Below are positions 45,602-54,270 of a stretch of DNA of 64,000 nt, one piece after another (the first letter of the stretch is position 1; each line of letters opens with the position of its first letter). This DNA comes from Patescibacteria group bacterium (GTDB lineage: Bacteria > Patescibacteriota > Patescibacteriia > Patescibacteriales > UBA12465), in contig JBAYKT010000007.1 in the NCBI GenBank assembly GCA_041664445.1, positions 4,360 through 68,359 on the forward strand, in the 5' to 3' direction. The notes below the pieces were generated by a model. The model was not told the DNA's origin and made no database searches. It worked only from the letters and a program-made list of their open reading frames with translations. Both the position numbers and the translations under genes were made by a program.

Positions 45602-46696
45602 CTAAGAGTTTATAAAATAGTATTTAGCCTTGCCTTGTTGGCTGACATCAATTTTATTCTCTGAAACTAATTCTTTTAGGGCAATTCTGATATTACTAAT
45701 ACCCGCATTTGATTTTTCTTCTAAGTCCTTAACAGTGGCTCCCTGGCTAGAACTCAAGGATTCCATAATATAAATTTTAGCCTCTTCAACCTTTTTCCCT
45801 TTCTCCTCAACTTCTCCCAAATATTCCCAATTTATCTGGTCCGTTTCTTGGTTATTAAAAACTTTAAATGATATCTTACCGTCCAAACGAAGTGAACTTC
45901 TGGCTTTCTCCTGGCTAACGGTAACCTCTAAAACTTTATTACCTAATTCATCTTTATAATTTTTACTATCCAAAAGAAGATGAGAGGAAACTTTGGCAAT
46001 TATTTCCGAACTCCCACGGCTAGATGATTGGCTCAATTTTTCGCCCTTTTGTGGCTTGCGATGATGATGAAGGTAAATCACGGAGACTTTAGTTAGCCTA
46101 ATTAATTTTAGTATCTGCTTATTTACAGCCTTCATCGCGCCAGAGTCATTTTCTTCCTTGTCATGAATCTCTGTAAAAGTATCAAAAATAATCACCTTAT
46201 ACTCATTTTTAACTATTAAAACAACTAAGCGAGCAAAATCTGAGGGGTCCGTTATCATAAACCTTTGATCAATAATGTAATTTATGGGAATATCCTTATC
46301 TATTAACTTTTTGAATCTTGTTACGATTTCATTCTTATTCATCTCTTGATCAATAATAAGAATACGGCTTTGCTCGACTTCATATTTGTTAAATAGCGGT
46401 AATCCTGCAGCTATATGATATGCCAGAATAAGGGCAAACAAACTTTTACCTTTACCGGAGTCAGCCGTAATTGAAGTAACCGCTTCTTTAGGAATTAATG
46501 GATTAATTACAAAAAACTCTGGCTGAACTTCATATGCTAATAATTCTTGGCAAGTAGAAATTACGAGTTCATTTTCGCTTTCTCCTAAATTATTATCTTC
46601 TTTATCAATATCAACCGATTCATCGAAACCTTCTTGCTCAAGAATATTCTCACCTTTAGGCACTTCATAATTATTTAAATTGGTAATTATTTCCAT
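45602..46696 (-). CDS. RepA-like RecA-fold ATPase (AAA_25 type) with C-terminal winged-helix domain
   Basis: Walker A ADSGKGKSLFAL, Walker B RILIIDQE, VIYLHHHRKP, and a C-terminal wHTH-like ATVKDLEEKSNAGISNIRIALKELVSENKI. Confidence 0.7.
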   Translation of the reverse strand: MEIITNLNNYEVPKGENILEQEGFDESVDIDKEDNNLGESENELVISTCQELLAYEVQPEFFVINPLIPKEAVTSITADSGKGKSLFALILAYHIAAGLPLFNKYEVEQSRILIIDQEMNKNEIVTRFKKLIDKDIPINYIIDQRFMITDPSDFARLVVLIVKNEYKVIIFDTFTEIHDKEENDSGAMKAVNKQILKLIRLTKVSVIYLHHHRKPQKGEKLSQSSSRGSSEIIAKVSSHLLLDSKNYKDELGNKVLEVTVSQEKARSSLRLDGKISFKVFNNQETDQINWEYLGEVEEKGKKVEEAKIYIMESLSSSQGATVKDLEEKSNAGISNIRIALKELVSENKIDVSQQGKAKYYFINS

Positions 46697-46756
46697 ATAA
46701 GTCTCTAATCACGCGGCAGAGAACGGATTAATACCGCCCTCTGCCGAAAAATTATT

Positions 46757-47014
46757 TTACTCCTCGGTACCATAGAATATGCTCGTCACCTCTCTGTCTG
46801 GTAAATCTAAAAATTTTCCACAAATAATATCATCCAAATGGCTCCGAAGTGATCCAAATGAATTTTCTGAAACAAACCACTTTTTCTCCCAAAACATTTT
46901 TGGAAGTTTTTCCTTTAGTACTGAGAAAAGCTTATTATTTGCTTTAATGACTTCTTTAGTTGCATCTCCTATAATTTTCCACTCCTCTAAACTTAGCTCT
47001 ATATTTTTATTCAT
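46757..47014 (-). CDS. Hypothetical small protein (island)
   Basis: 85-aa ORF upstream of the RepA-like gene on the same strand. Confidence 0.45.
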   Translation of the reverse strand: MNKNIELSLEEWKIIGDATKEVIKANNKLFSVLKEKLPKMFWEKKWFVSENSFGSLRSHLDDIICGKFLDLPDREVTSIFYGTEE

Positions 47015-47330
47015 ATATTTATGAAATTAATAATTAATTTGTTATTCGAGAGGCTTCGCAACCTATCGATAGACCGCGAAGCCTAGTTGTCTCGAATGGA
47101 AACATTTTGTTTCCTTTGTATAGACCTCGTCAGCTAAATAGATATTTCCAAAATGAGTTAAATTTCTAAAATACACAGAACTTTAGAGATTCAGCATTCA
47201 TTCCAGAAATTATAAATTCATGGGCCTCGATATGTAATCCTATCCTTCATAAAGTAATTTAGCTCGTTTATAAACAATTCAATAATTTCGTTAGTCTTCA
47301 TACTATATATGCACGAAATTTCGCTTAAAT

Positions 47331-47365
47331 AAAAAAAATCCACTAATTTTAAATGAATTAGTGGA
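47331..47365 (-). terminator. Rho-independent terminator of the 48867-47398 operon
   Basis: TCCACTAATT (47339-47348) pairs with AATTAGTGGA (47356-47365). A T8 run follows on the minus strand (plus-strand A-run 47331-47338). Confidence 0.75.
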
Positions 47366-47397
47366 ATTATACTCGAAAAAACGCAGGCGAAATTTCG

Positions 47398-48228
47398 TCA
47401 ATGATTATTTAAATAAGTCTTTGGGTTTATTTCTGATATATTTCTATCTTGCCAGGATTCTCTAAATTCAGGAGATGGAGAAAGTTTTATTTTTATCTGA
47501 TATGCATCGTTATCTTTAAGATATATTATAGGGCTATCTTTAAGGCCAAAATATTTCCTTAATCTTTTTGATAAATCCTGTATATCCTTTTTAAATGTTT
47601 CTTTCTTAGTTTTATTACCAGAAAAAGAATTTAATTTTATACAGCCATTCTGAGTAGAAAACAAAATAAGGGCCCCCCAGCTTTTTACATAAGCCATTTT
47701 TTGAGAACTATCCTGTCTAGTATCAGCAAAACCGAGCTTATCATAGCTAGAGTCTTCTTCTTTGCCATCTACCGTTAACTTAACATCGCACTTATTTTTA
47801 AACGTAATACTTACATTTTCCCATTCTTTTGTTAATTCTTTCACATAAGCCGCTCTGTCTTTAATCGAATATTTATTATAAATATTATAAAAATCTTTAT
47901 TAACATTAACCGAGTAGCGATGCATCGGGGTTGCATATCCCTCGTCAGGTCTTGGCCAATTATCACACTCGACATCAAGGCTTATATCTCTTGAATTTTC
48001 TTTTATAATATGAATAATTTTTTCATCAAATAGCTTTTTAAGCGCAAGACAAAAAACATGAGTAGTTATTTTACACATTTCTATATCACCCATGCTCAAT
48101 GCGATGTCAACATGATCCAATCCCTTGTCGTCATTCAAAAAATGACGCTTGTTAGCATCAAGCTTTATTTTTATAATATTTAAAACAGATAGAACCTGCT
48201 TATCAAAATTAAAATCCATATTTGGCAA
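47398..48228 (-). CDS. Hypothetical protein (island orphan, 276 aa)
   Basis: Long ORF, last gene of a tightly spaced 3-gene operon. No motif recognised. Confidence 0.55.
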   Translation of the reverse strand: MPNMDFNFDKQVLSVLNIIKIKLDANKRHFLNDDKGLDHVDIALSMGDIEMCKITTHVFCLALKKLFDEKIIHIIKENSRDISLDVECDNWPRPDEGYATPMHRYSVNVNKDFYNIYNKYSIKDRAAYVKELTKEWENVSITFKNKCDVKLTVDGKEEDSSYDKLGFADTRQDSSQKMAYVKSWGALILFSTQNGCIKLNSFSGNKTKKETFKKDIQDLSKRLRKYFGLKDSPIIYLKDNDAYQIKIKLSPSPEFRESWQDRNISEINPKTYLNNH

Positions 48229-48232
48229 CTAA

Positions 48233-48535
48233 CTAACCTTCATTTCTATGTTTAATAGAATAGATTAATAAAGCTCCACATAGAAATATTATAGCATCAT
48301 ATGTCCAAATTTTCCTATACAGCGATCGGCTTGAGTTTGCGTCCATTTGAGTAGCCATATTAATCATTGAGACTGTGGCTGCTCCAGGAGTTTCAGATAC
48401 TATAGAAAAAACCGTTGGTTTTTTACTATATTCGGCTCTCAAATAGCTTGTTATGAAAATCATCGATGTAAAAACTAATAACGTGATAATAATTAATAAA
48501 TATTGAAAAATTATTCTTTTAATTTTTTTAAACAT
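48233..48535 (-). CDS. Small membrane protein, 2 TM (island orphan)
   Basis: 100 aa. TM helices IIFQYLLIIITLLVFTSMIFITS and AIIFLCGALLIYSI. Confidence 0.5.
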   Translation of the reverse strand: MFKKIKRIIFQYLLIIITLLVFTSMIFITSYLRAEYSKKPTVFSIVSETPGAATVSMINMATQMDANSSRSLYRKIWTYDAIIFLCGALLIYSIKHRNEG

Positions 48536-48561
48536 ATTTTTATAAATAGAGTCTTTTATTG

Positions 48562-48867
48562 TTAATTTTTAAGTAATAGCTGATCAAGGCCAATAGAGTC
48601 TTCTATTTTCTTCTTTAATTCTTTCGCCAAATTCTCAGGAACTAATAAATCTAACTCTCGCTCATAGTAAATGCTTAGAACAAAACGGGCATTACTAACA
48701 TTGGCAATATTCATCCACTCAATCTCACCGTCTTTATCTGTTATATTTTTGCCATTACAAAGAAACGTTTCAATAAAACTCTCGACATCCTTTTGAATAG
48801 CCTCATTATACGTTAGGCCTTTTCCATTTAGCCCATCAAATTTAGTTATTGGTATGTATCTAACCAT
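48562..48867 (-). CDS. Hypothetical protein (island orphan, 101 aa)
   Basis: First gene of the 3-gene operon. No motif recognised. Confidence 0.5.
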   Translation of the reverse strand: MVRYIPITKFDGLNGKGLTYNEAIQKDVESFIETFLCNGKNITDKDGEIEWMNIANVSNARFVLSIYYERELDLLVPENLAKELKKKIEDSIGLDQLLLKN

Positions 48868-49111
48868 AAAAATAAATATTAAAATAACACAAAAGGTCCC
48901 CCGACACGATTAACACACCCTTTCGGATATGCGCCTAGATAGCGAAAATCGGTCAGAAGACCATCTCTGCTATCTAGGACTTTAAACCATGCCTTAATAA
49001 ATTAAGGTTTAGGTTAATTCAATTGTTCTTTTATTATCCAATAAAATTGGGTAATAGTCAATTTTTATTAAATATATTTAATTTTAAAAATCTTTATTAT
49101 ATAATATATTT

Positions 49112-49318
49112 ATGAGTAAAATTTCTATACAAGATACAAAGCTTCTATCATTAAATGATTTAATGCGGATATTTAGTATATCAAAAACAACTGCCTACAG
49201 AATTGTTTATGGCAGAAAAATACCTTTTTATAAAATAAATCGCAATATCAGATTTGCCGAAGAGGATGTTATTAATTATTTAAATAACAATCGTGTTGAA
49301 CAGATAAAGAATAGATAA
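49112..49318 (+). CDS. Second excisionase-family HTH protein
   Basis: 68 aa. LSLNDLMRIFSISKTTAYRIVYGRKIPFYKINRNIRFAEEDVINYL is a paralogue of the 44668-44865 product. Divergent from the 3-gene operon. Confidence 0.75.
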   Translation: MSKISIQDTKLLSLNDLMRIFSISKTTAYRIVYGRKIPFYKINRNIRFAEEDVINYLNNNRVEQIKNR

Positions 49319-49460
49319 ATTATTCTATACTATTTTGCGGTCACAACGCAGAAATGCGTGGCAATACAGGGCAAAATGTTTTAGAATTTTTTAATAAAAT
49401 ACCGCCTAGGTCGAGGGTGGTATTTTTTTAATTATTTAATATAACAACCCGATCAATAAT

Positions 49461-49676
49461 CTAGCGTTTGCTTAAAGTAACCAAAAATATCAATATAATC
49501 CCAACAAATATAAGAATCCCTAAAAATTTAACAAATCTTTTATATACCGCTTCTAACACATCATGGGCTATAGTTTTTAGTAATATAAGAATCCGTTTAA
49601 TCAGCTTAAACGGGGCCAATATAATTATGAGTATAATATCTATCCAGCCATAACCAGTTGTATAACTTTTTTTCAT
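49461..49676 (-). CDS. Small 2-TM membrane protein
   Basis: 71 aa with two hydrophobic helices and a basic C-terminus. Confidence 0.4.
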   Translation of the reverse strand: MKKSYTTGYGWIDIILIIILAPFKLIKRILILLKTIAHDVLEAVYKRFVKFLGILIFVGIILIFLVTLSKR

Positions 49677-49782
49677 ATATGCAATTAAAATTTAAATAAC
49701 AAAAAAATATAGCATAATTACTATATTTTTACAAGTTAACTATAAATATATTTGCAAAAATGCCAGCAAGACCGACTAGGCT

Positions 49783-49950
49783 TTAATTTTTATGTTTTGT
49801 CTTATCGACTAACGTAAATTTCTTAGCTTCGCCTTCGTAAGGAGGAACGCGATCTCCTCGTGAAAGAGTAATCTCTTTTCGAGAACTGGCCGGTCGATAT
49901 TGACCCGACACTTTCGCTACCCCTCCAGTACTTACCTGTACTTTAGGCAT
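49783..49950 (-). CDS. Possible 55-aa small protein (below track cutoff)
   Basis: My own translation gives MPKVQVSTGGVAKVSGQYRPASSRKEITLSRGDRVPPYEGEAKKFTLVDKTKHKN*. Locally GC-richer, non-low-complexity sequence, reminiscent of YjzC-like small proteins (weak recollection). No SD seen. Confidence 0.35.
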   Translation of the reverse strand: MPKVQVSTGGVAKVSGQYRPASSRKEITLSRGDRVPPYEGEAKKFTLVDKTKHKN

Positions 49951-50345
49951 ATGACTTGAAGTTAACTAATGAATTAATAGAAGCGTCTGACCTTTAATCC
50001 GCCTCCCCAACTACAAACCTTAGTGAGATTTGCAAGTGGAGAGCGATTAAAGTGAGCTAGACTAAAAATTCAAAAGAATGGCTTCGATCTTTTTCTTGCT
50101 GGCGTTTTTATAAACAAAATTAATTAAACATACCTTTAACGATTATTCTTTATTTTTCAAAGCATCTATGACGTCATTTGTATTATGATCCCCCCATCAG
50201 AAAGAATTTTTAACATCGGGAGCATTATTGTTTCAAAACTATTTGGAATTGGCATATATTTATTTTTTATATACTAATTAAATCTTTATCTCTATATAGC
50301 GTTATACGTTTTGTGAAGCTGGCAATACAAAAGAAAGTGGTGAAA

Positions 50346-50924
50346 CTAAAAATTAAAGGCTTTTTCGGTATATTCAAACATCGCATTAATTAAACTATTA
50401 ACTTGAATGTTTTTTTCTTTAAACATTTTGGTGGTTAGTTTAATTTTTTTGAATTTTATATAACCGTCATTATTGTCCACAACAATCTTTATTCTTACAA
50501 AACCATCTCTAGTCATGGATTGCCAATTAGCATGCGCTATATTATTTCTAAATTGATTTATCTCACGCATAGAAATAATGATATTATGTAATTCTTTTTT
50601 ACTTTTATTTTCACGCGCCTGGGCTTCAAGTTGAGAATACATTTTAATAAATAAATCAATTTTATTATACATAGTTAGCCCTTCTATTATTAAATATCCC
50701 ATATCATGGGAACGTTGACTTATAAATTCGGCTATTGCTATGTTTAAATCGTGCTCAAAAAAACTAAAATTTATTAAAAACGATCCCATCAGATTACCAA
50801 ATGTCTTTTTTATTTCTGTTATTTCAAGTTGGTTATCGTCAACTAAATAATCATACTGCTCTAGCTTATCAACTGATTTATTACTTTTTGCCATACTATT
50901 ATTTTTTTGAAATTTTTCTATCAT
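50346..50924 (-). CDS. HEPN-domain protein (Rx4H motif), putative RNase effector
   Basis: All-helical-looking 182-192 aa. QFRNNIAHANW contains R-N-x-x-A-H (R codon 50547-50549, H codon 50532-50534). Alternative ATG at 50894 lies 4 nt after the upstream stop. Confidence 0.65.
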   Translation of the reverse strand: MIEKFQKNNSMAKSNKSVDKLEQYDYLVDDNQLEITEIKKTFGNLMGSFLINFSFFEHDLNIAIAEFISQRSHDMGYLIIEGLTMYNKIDLFIKMYSQLEAQARENKSKKELHNIIISMREINQFRNNIAHANWQSMTRDGFVRIKIVVDNNDGYIKFKKIKLTTKMFKEKNIQVNSLINAMFEYTEKAFNF

Positions 50925-51543
50925 ATGGAATGCATATCTGCCTATTCGTCCTCAGCCCCGTACTTACCGCTTTTCGTAATGAATATTGCAACATAACATC
51001 AGCGTTTCCCGAATGCCAACCAAGAGCACGTTGTTCTACATGAAAACCATTTAAATCTATATTAATATTTTGGCTTATCAATGGCGTTTCCTTGCCGCTA
51101 TAGTGAGCGACTATTAACTTGCCGGATACCATAGAATATTTAAAAATTACTGGGCCATGATAATTATCAACATTAAAAACAACATCTAGAGGAATCACAT
51201 TTTTTAAATAAACTGGCAATTTACTATAGTCTATAATTGTATCATCAATTAAATCTTGAAAGCCTATCTCGGAAATTTTTTGCCTATCTTCTTTCCGCTG
51301 AACAATTAAATACTCATTATTTTTATATTTTACACTAACACGACCAGATTGATGCCAAGAAATATGATCAATTTCTTTATTAAATGAATTTTCAAGATTA
51401 TGAAAATTAGTTGATGGTATGTATAATAAATCTCCTGAATAAGTTTTTATAATAACAGATCCTACCTTATAATATTTATCATTGCTTTTAATCAAAATCT
51501 TATAACAAACGGATTTTTTTATTTTACTTTCATCGGTAAGCAC
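50899..51543 (-). CDS. Hypothetical protein (214 aa orphan in R-M-linked cassette)
   Basis: Uninterrupted ORF with a GTG start and no internal Met until late in the sequence. No motif recognised. Confidence 0.5.
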   Translation of the reverse strand: MLTDESKIKKSVCYKILIKSNDKYYKVGSVIIKTYSGDLLYIPSTNFHNLENSFNKEIDHISWHQSGRVSVKYKNNEYLIVQRKEDRQKISEIGFQDLIDDTIIDYSKLPVYLKNVIPLDVVFNVDNYHGPVIFKYSMVSGKLIVAHYSGKETPLISQNINIDLNGFHVEQRALGWHSGNADVMLQYSLRKAVSTGLRTNRQICIPYDRKISKK

Positions 51544-51580
51544 TTTATTTTATATAGTAACTTATATATTTTTAAAAAGA

Positions 51581-52450
51581 TTATAAATTGGAAGGAAATA
51601 AATGAGAAAATGTGTACTCTTCTAAGACATCCCCACTTAATTTATAAAATTTAAAAACTATATTTTGTTTTTTATTTTTTTCTATAACGCGCTGAGCAAC
51701 TGCCCGATCAATATTTTCAGACACAACAATAAAAAGTAATGGTTTATTTATAAATATATATCTCATTTTTTCTAAAACTCTTCGAGTCATAAAATCAACT
51801 TGAAATCTTACGTTTTCTGAAAAATTTGATATATATTTTATTTCTACAATTCGTGAAATTTCTTCTTGATTTGATTTTTTATAAATTACTCCATCTAGAA
51901 TAATATGACCATATTCGTTAGAAATTTTTACACCCTTTCTAAATAAGTCACCATACACCTTCTCCAAATATACAAAAACTTTATTTTCAATTTGAGTATT
52001 TTTCTCTCTTATCGCTTTAAAATCATGATTTGAATGAATATTATTATTTGTGCCAGGAGCCATCTCATTTTTTATAATTTTTTCTTCAACGATTTTTTCA
52101 GTCGCTAGCTCTTCGGACGTAGCATCTTGAGTTATTTGTTTTAAATTTTCAGCAATATCTTTACTTTCACTTCTAAATATGATTGCTAATTTTTTCATAA
52201 AATCCTCGCTTGCTATCACTAGCCCTCCTATAAATAAAGAAGCAAAAATTGTATATGAGTTATTCGAAATAATAGCAAATATAAAAACCATTGATCCCCC
52301 CGTAAGTCTCGCAAATCGTTCTTGTTTATCACTTTTTTTGAAAAATAAAAGTGGAATAATTGAGAACAGCATTAATAGAAGAAAACAATACATGGCAACG
52401 CCCCTTACGTTGTTAAATTCAAAAATATTTTGAATATATTGGTTATTCAT
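51581..52450 (-). CDS. Membrane-anchored protein with C-terminal PD-(D/E)xK-nuclease-like motif
   Basis: Three N-terminal TM segments. The C-terminal domain shows E(…YLEKVYG)…GHIILDGVIY…RIVEIKY, a D…E-x-K arrangement typical of restriction-endonuclease-fold proteins. Its ATG overlaps the upstream stop by 8 nt. Confidence 0.55.
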   Translation of the reverse strand: MNNQYIQNIFEFNNVRGVAMYCFLLLMLFSIIPLLFFKKSDKQERFARLTGGSMVFIFAIISNNSYTIFASLFIGGLVIASEDFMKKLAIIFRSESKDIAENLKQITQDATSEELATEKIVEEKIIKNEMAPGTNNNIHSNHDFKAIREKNTQIENKVFVYLEKVYGDLFRKGVKISNEYGHIILDGVIYKKSNQEEISRIVEIKYISNFSENVRFQVDFMTRRVLEKMRYIFINKPLLFIVVSENIDRAVAQRVIEKNKKQNIVFKFYKLSGDVLEEYTFSHLFPSNL

Positions 52451-52643
52451 ATTTATTTTTTTTAACTATTTGAAATTCTTTTTGCAAAAATATTAAATCT
52501 TTTTCTAGGTTTTTTAATATATTAATATTAGTTTTTTCTAATTCTTTTTTATTAATATTTTGTTTAACTAAACTTAAAATAGTCGCAATTGTTCCAAAAT
52601 AATCTTTTGATTCTATGTGAAATTTTATAGACTTTATGCTCAT
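52443..52643 (-). CDS. Small helical protein (66 aa) immediately downstream of hsdS
   Basis: ATG lies 25 nt after the hsdS stop. Coiled-coil-like K/E/L-rich sequence. Confidence 0.45.
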   Translation of the reverse strand: MSIKSIKFHIESKDYFGTIATILSLVKQNINKKELEKTNINILKNLEKDLIFLQKEFQIVKKNKYE

Positions 52644-52668
52644 TCTTTTAACATTTTATTTTAAATAA

Positions 52669-54270
52669 TTATTTTTTAGGTCTTCCTCTTCCTTGAGATT
52701 TACTTCCACCAATTACATCACGCAGTTGATTAATTAAAACCATTATTTCTTCTACTTTTTTAACAATGCGTTTTTGTTCACCTTGCGGTGGTAACGGTAT
52801 CAATGTATTTTTTAGATTATCTTGTGTAATCTGATTTATTGTCATTGTATTTACTCCTTCCAATAAATTTCTGAAAATTGTTGATTTCAAAAAAACCTCC
52901 ACATAAGGATTACATTCACTACGAAATACAGACATAAATGCACCAAAAGCCATCTTTTCTTCTAAATCTTTAATCATGGCAGTCTTGCCAACCAATGACT
53001 TACTCCCATTTCTAACACAAATTAAAAGGTCTCCTTCTTGCACCACTACGCTACTCTTTACCTCTTTTTTTACCCTAACTAAATCATTAAAATCTAATTG
53101 TCCTTTTTGAATATTTGTAGAACGCAGCACTGGAATCCCTTCAGTAGAAATATCATTTGGGGAATATGTTAATCCAATATTTGTCTCTCCAATATCATTA
53201 AATTTTACCCACTTCCAAGTATTTGGAATTTCAAACGGTATTTCGTTTTCTAATATATCAGGTATGGATTTTTTCTTTTTAACATTAATTTGTTCGGTTT
53301 TTTCTTTTTTAATTTTTTTATATAATTCTTCAGCTGTACCATCCTTTCTATCCTGTTTAACTAATTTTCCTGATACAGCTAAAGAGAGAAGAGCATTTTC
53401 GAGTTCCTTTATGTCATCAGATGTTTTTATGAGCTCAGTAATATTTTCAAAGGCTATTTTATATTTTCCATTTCCAAGAGAATACATCGCACTATGAACA
53501 AGAAGTGTTCGTATTTTGTCACTTTGTTGTTTTCTAATTTCAAGTTCGTCAAGTTGCTTTATAACTTCATTCACTTTCTTTATTATTCTTTTTTGTTCTG
53601 CGAGTGGTGGAAGAGAAATTAAAATTTTTTCCAAAATACCTATGTTTAAGGCTGGAATAGCGCCACCAATTTGATACTTAGCTAAATCAATATTTGTTAA
53701 ATGAAGGAACATCCATTCATTAAAGATTTTTGAGCTCGGAAGATATCCTAAACAATTATTATCAATACAACTAGGTTTAATAAGTATCCTACGTTTATTT
53801 GTCGCAATAGCCCCACCAATTTTAGGGAAAATGATTGTGTTTATTGGCAACACTTTAGCCCTCATTTTTTTTACAATTTCTTCCGAAATCCAGTTTTCAG
53901 AGTCTATCATCTCTTTAATATTTCTATTCATATCACTAACTTTAAAAAAAGGTATCTCTCCTCCCTTTTTTATTTGATATTCTTTAGGGAATCCAGTGCC
54001 ACCCATAAAATTACCAACTTCACCTAATTTTACCCATTTCCATGATTTTGGAATTTCAAAAGGAGCAACCTCTGAAGTAGTTAATTGTTTATATTCATTT
54101 TTTATTTGAGCATAAAGCTGTTCTGCAGTGCCATCTGTTTTATTTTGAGAAACTAATTTCCCCGCAATGGCAAGAGTAAAAACTGCTTTGCGCAGTCGCT
54201 GAATAGCATCGGGAACCTCTATAAAATCGCCAATATTATCAGCGACAATTTTAACTTCATTTGGAGTCAT
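52669..54270 (-). CDS. hsdS: Type I restriction-modification specificity subunit HsdS
   Basis: Two target-recognition halves, each preceded by GKLV(S/K)Q.(K/R).DGTAE(Q/E)LY and PFEIP(K/N).WKWVK, and each followed by a conserved helix LPP(L/Q).EQKRI(I/V)KKV. ATG at 54270; the longest ORF uses a TTG at 54288. Confidence 0.9.
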   Translation of the reverse strand: MTPNEVKIVADNIGDFIEVPDAIQRLRKAVFTLAIAGKLVSQNKTDGTAEQLYAQIKNEYKQLTTSEVAPFEIPKSWKWVKLGEVGNFMGGTGFPKEYQIKKGGEIPFFKVSDMNRNIKEMIDSENWISEEIVKKMRAKVLPINTIIFPKIGGAIATNKRRILIKPSCIDNNCLGYLPSSKIFNEWMFLHLTNIDLAKYQIGGAIPALNIGILEKILISLPPLAEQKRIIKKVNEVIKQLDELEIRKQQSDKIRTLLVHSAMYSLGNGKYKIAFENITELIKTSDDIKELENALLSLAVSGKLVKQDRKDGTAEELYKKIKKEKTEQINVKKKKSIPDILENEIPFEIPNTWKWVKFNDIGETNIGLTYSPNDISTEGIPVLRSTNIQKGQLDFNDLVRVKKEVKSSVVVQEGDLLICVRNGSKSLVGKTAMIKDLEEKMAFGAFMSVFRSECNPYVEVFLKSTIFRNLLEGVNTMTINQITQDNLKNTLIPLPPQGEQKRIVKKVEEIMVLINQLRDVIGGSKSQGRGRPKK

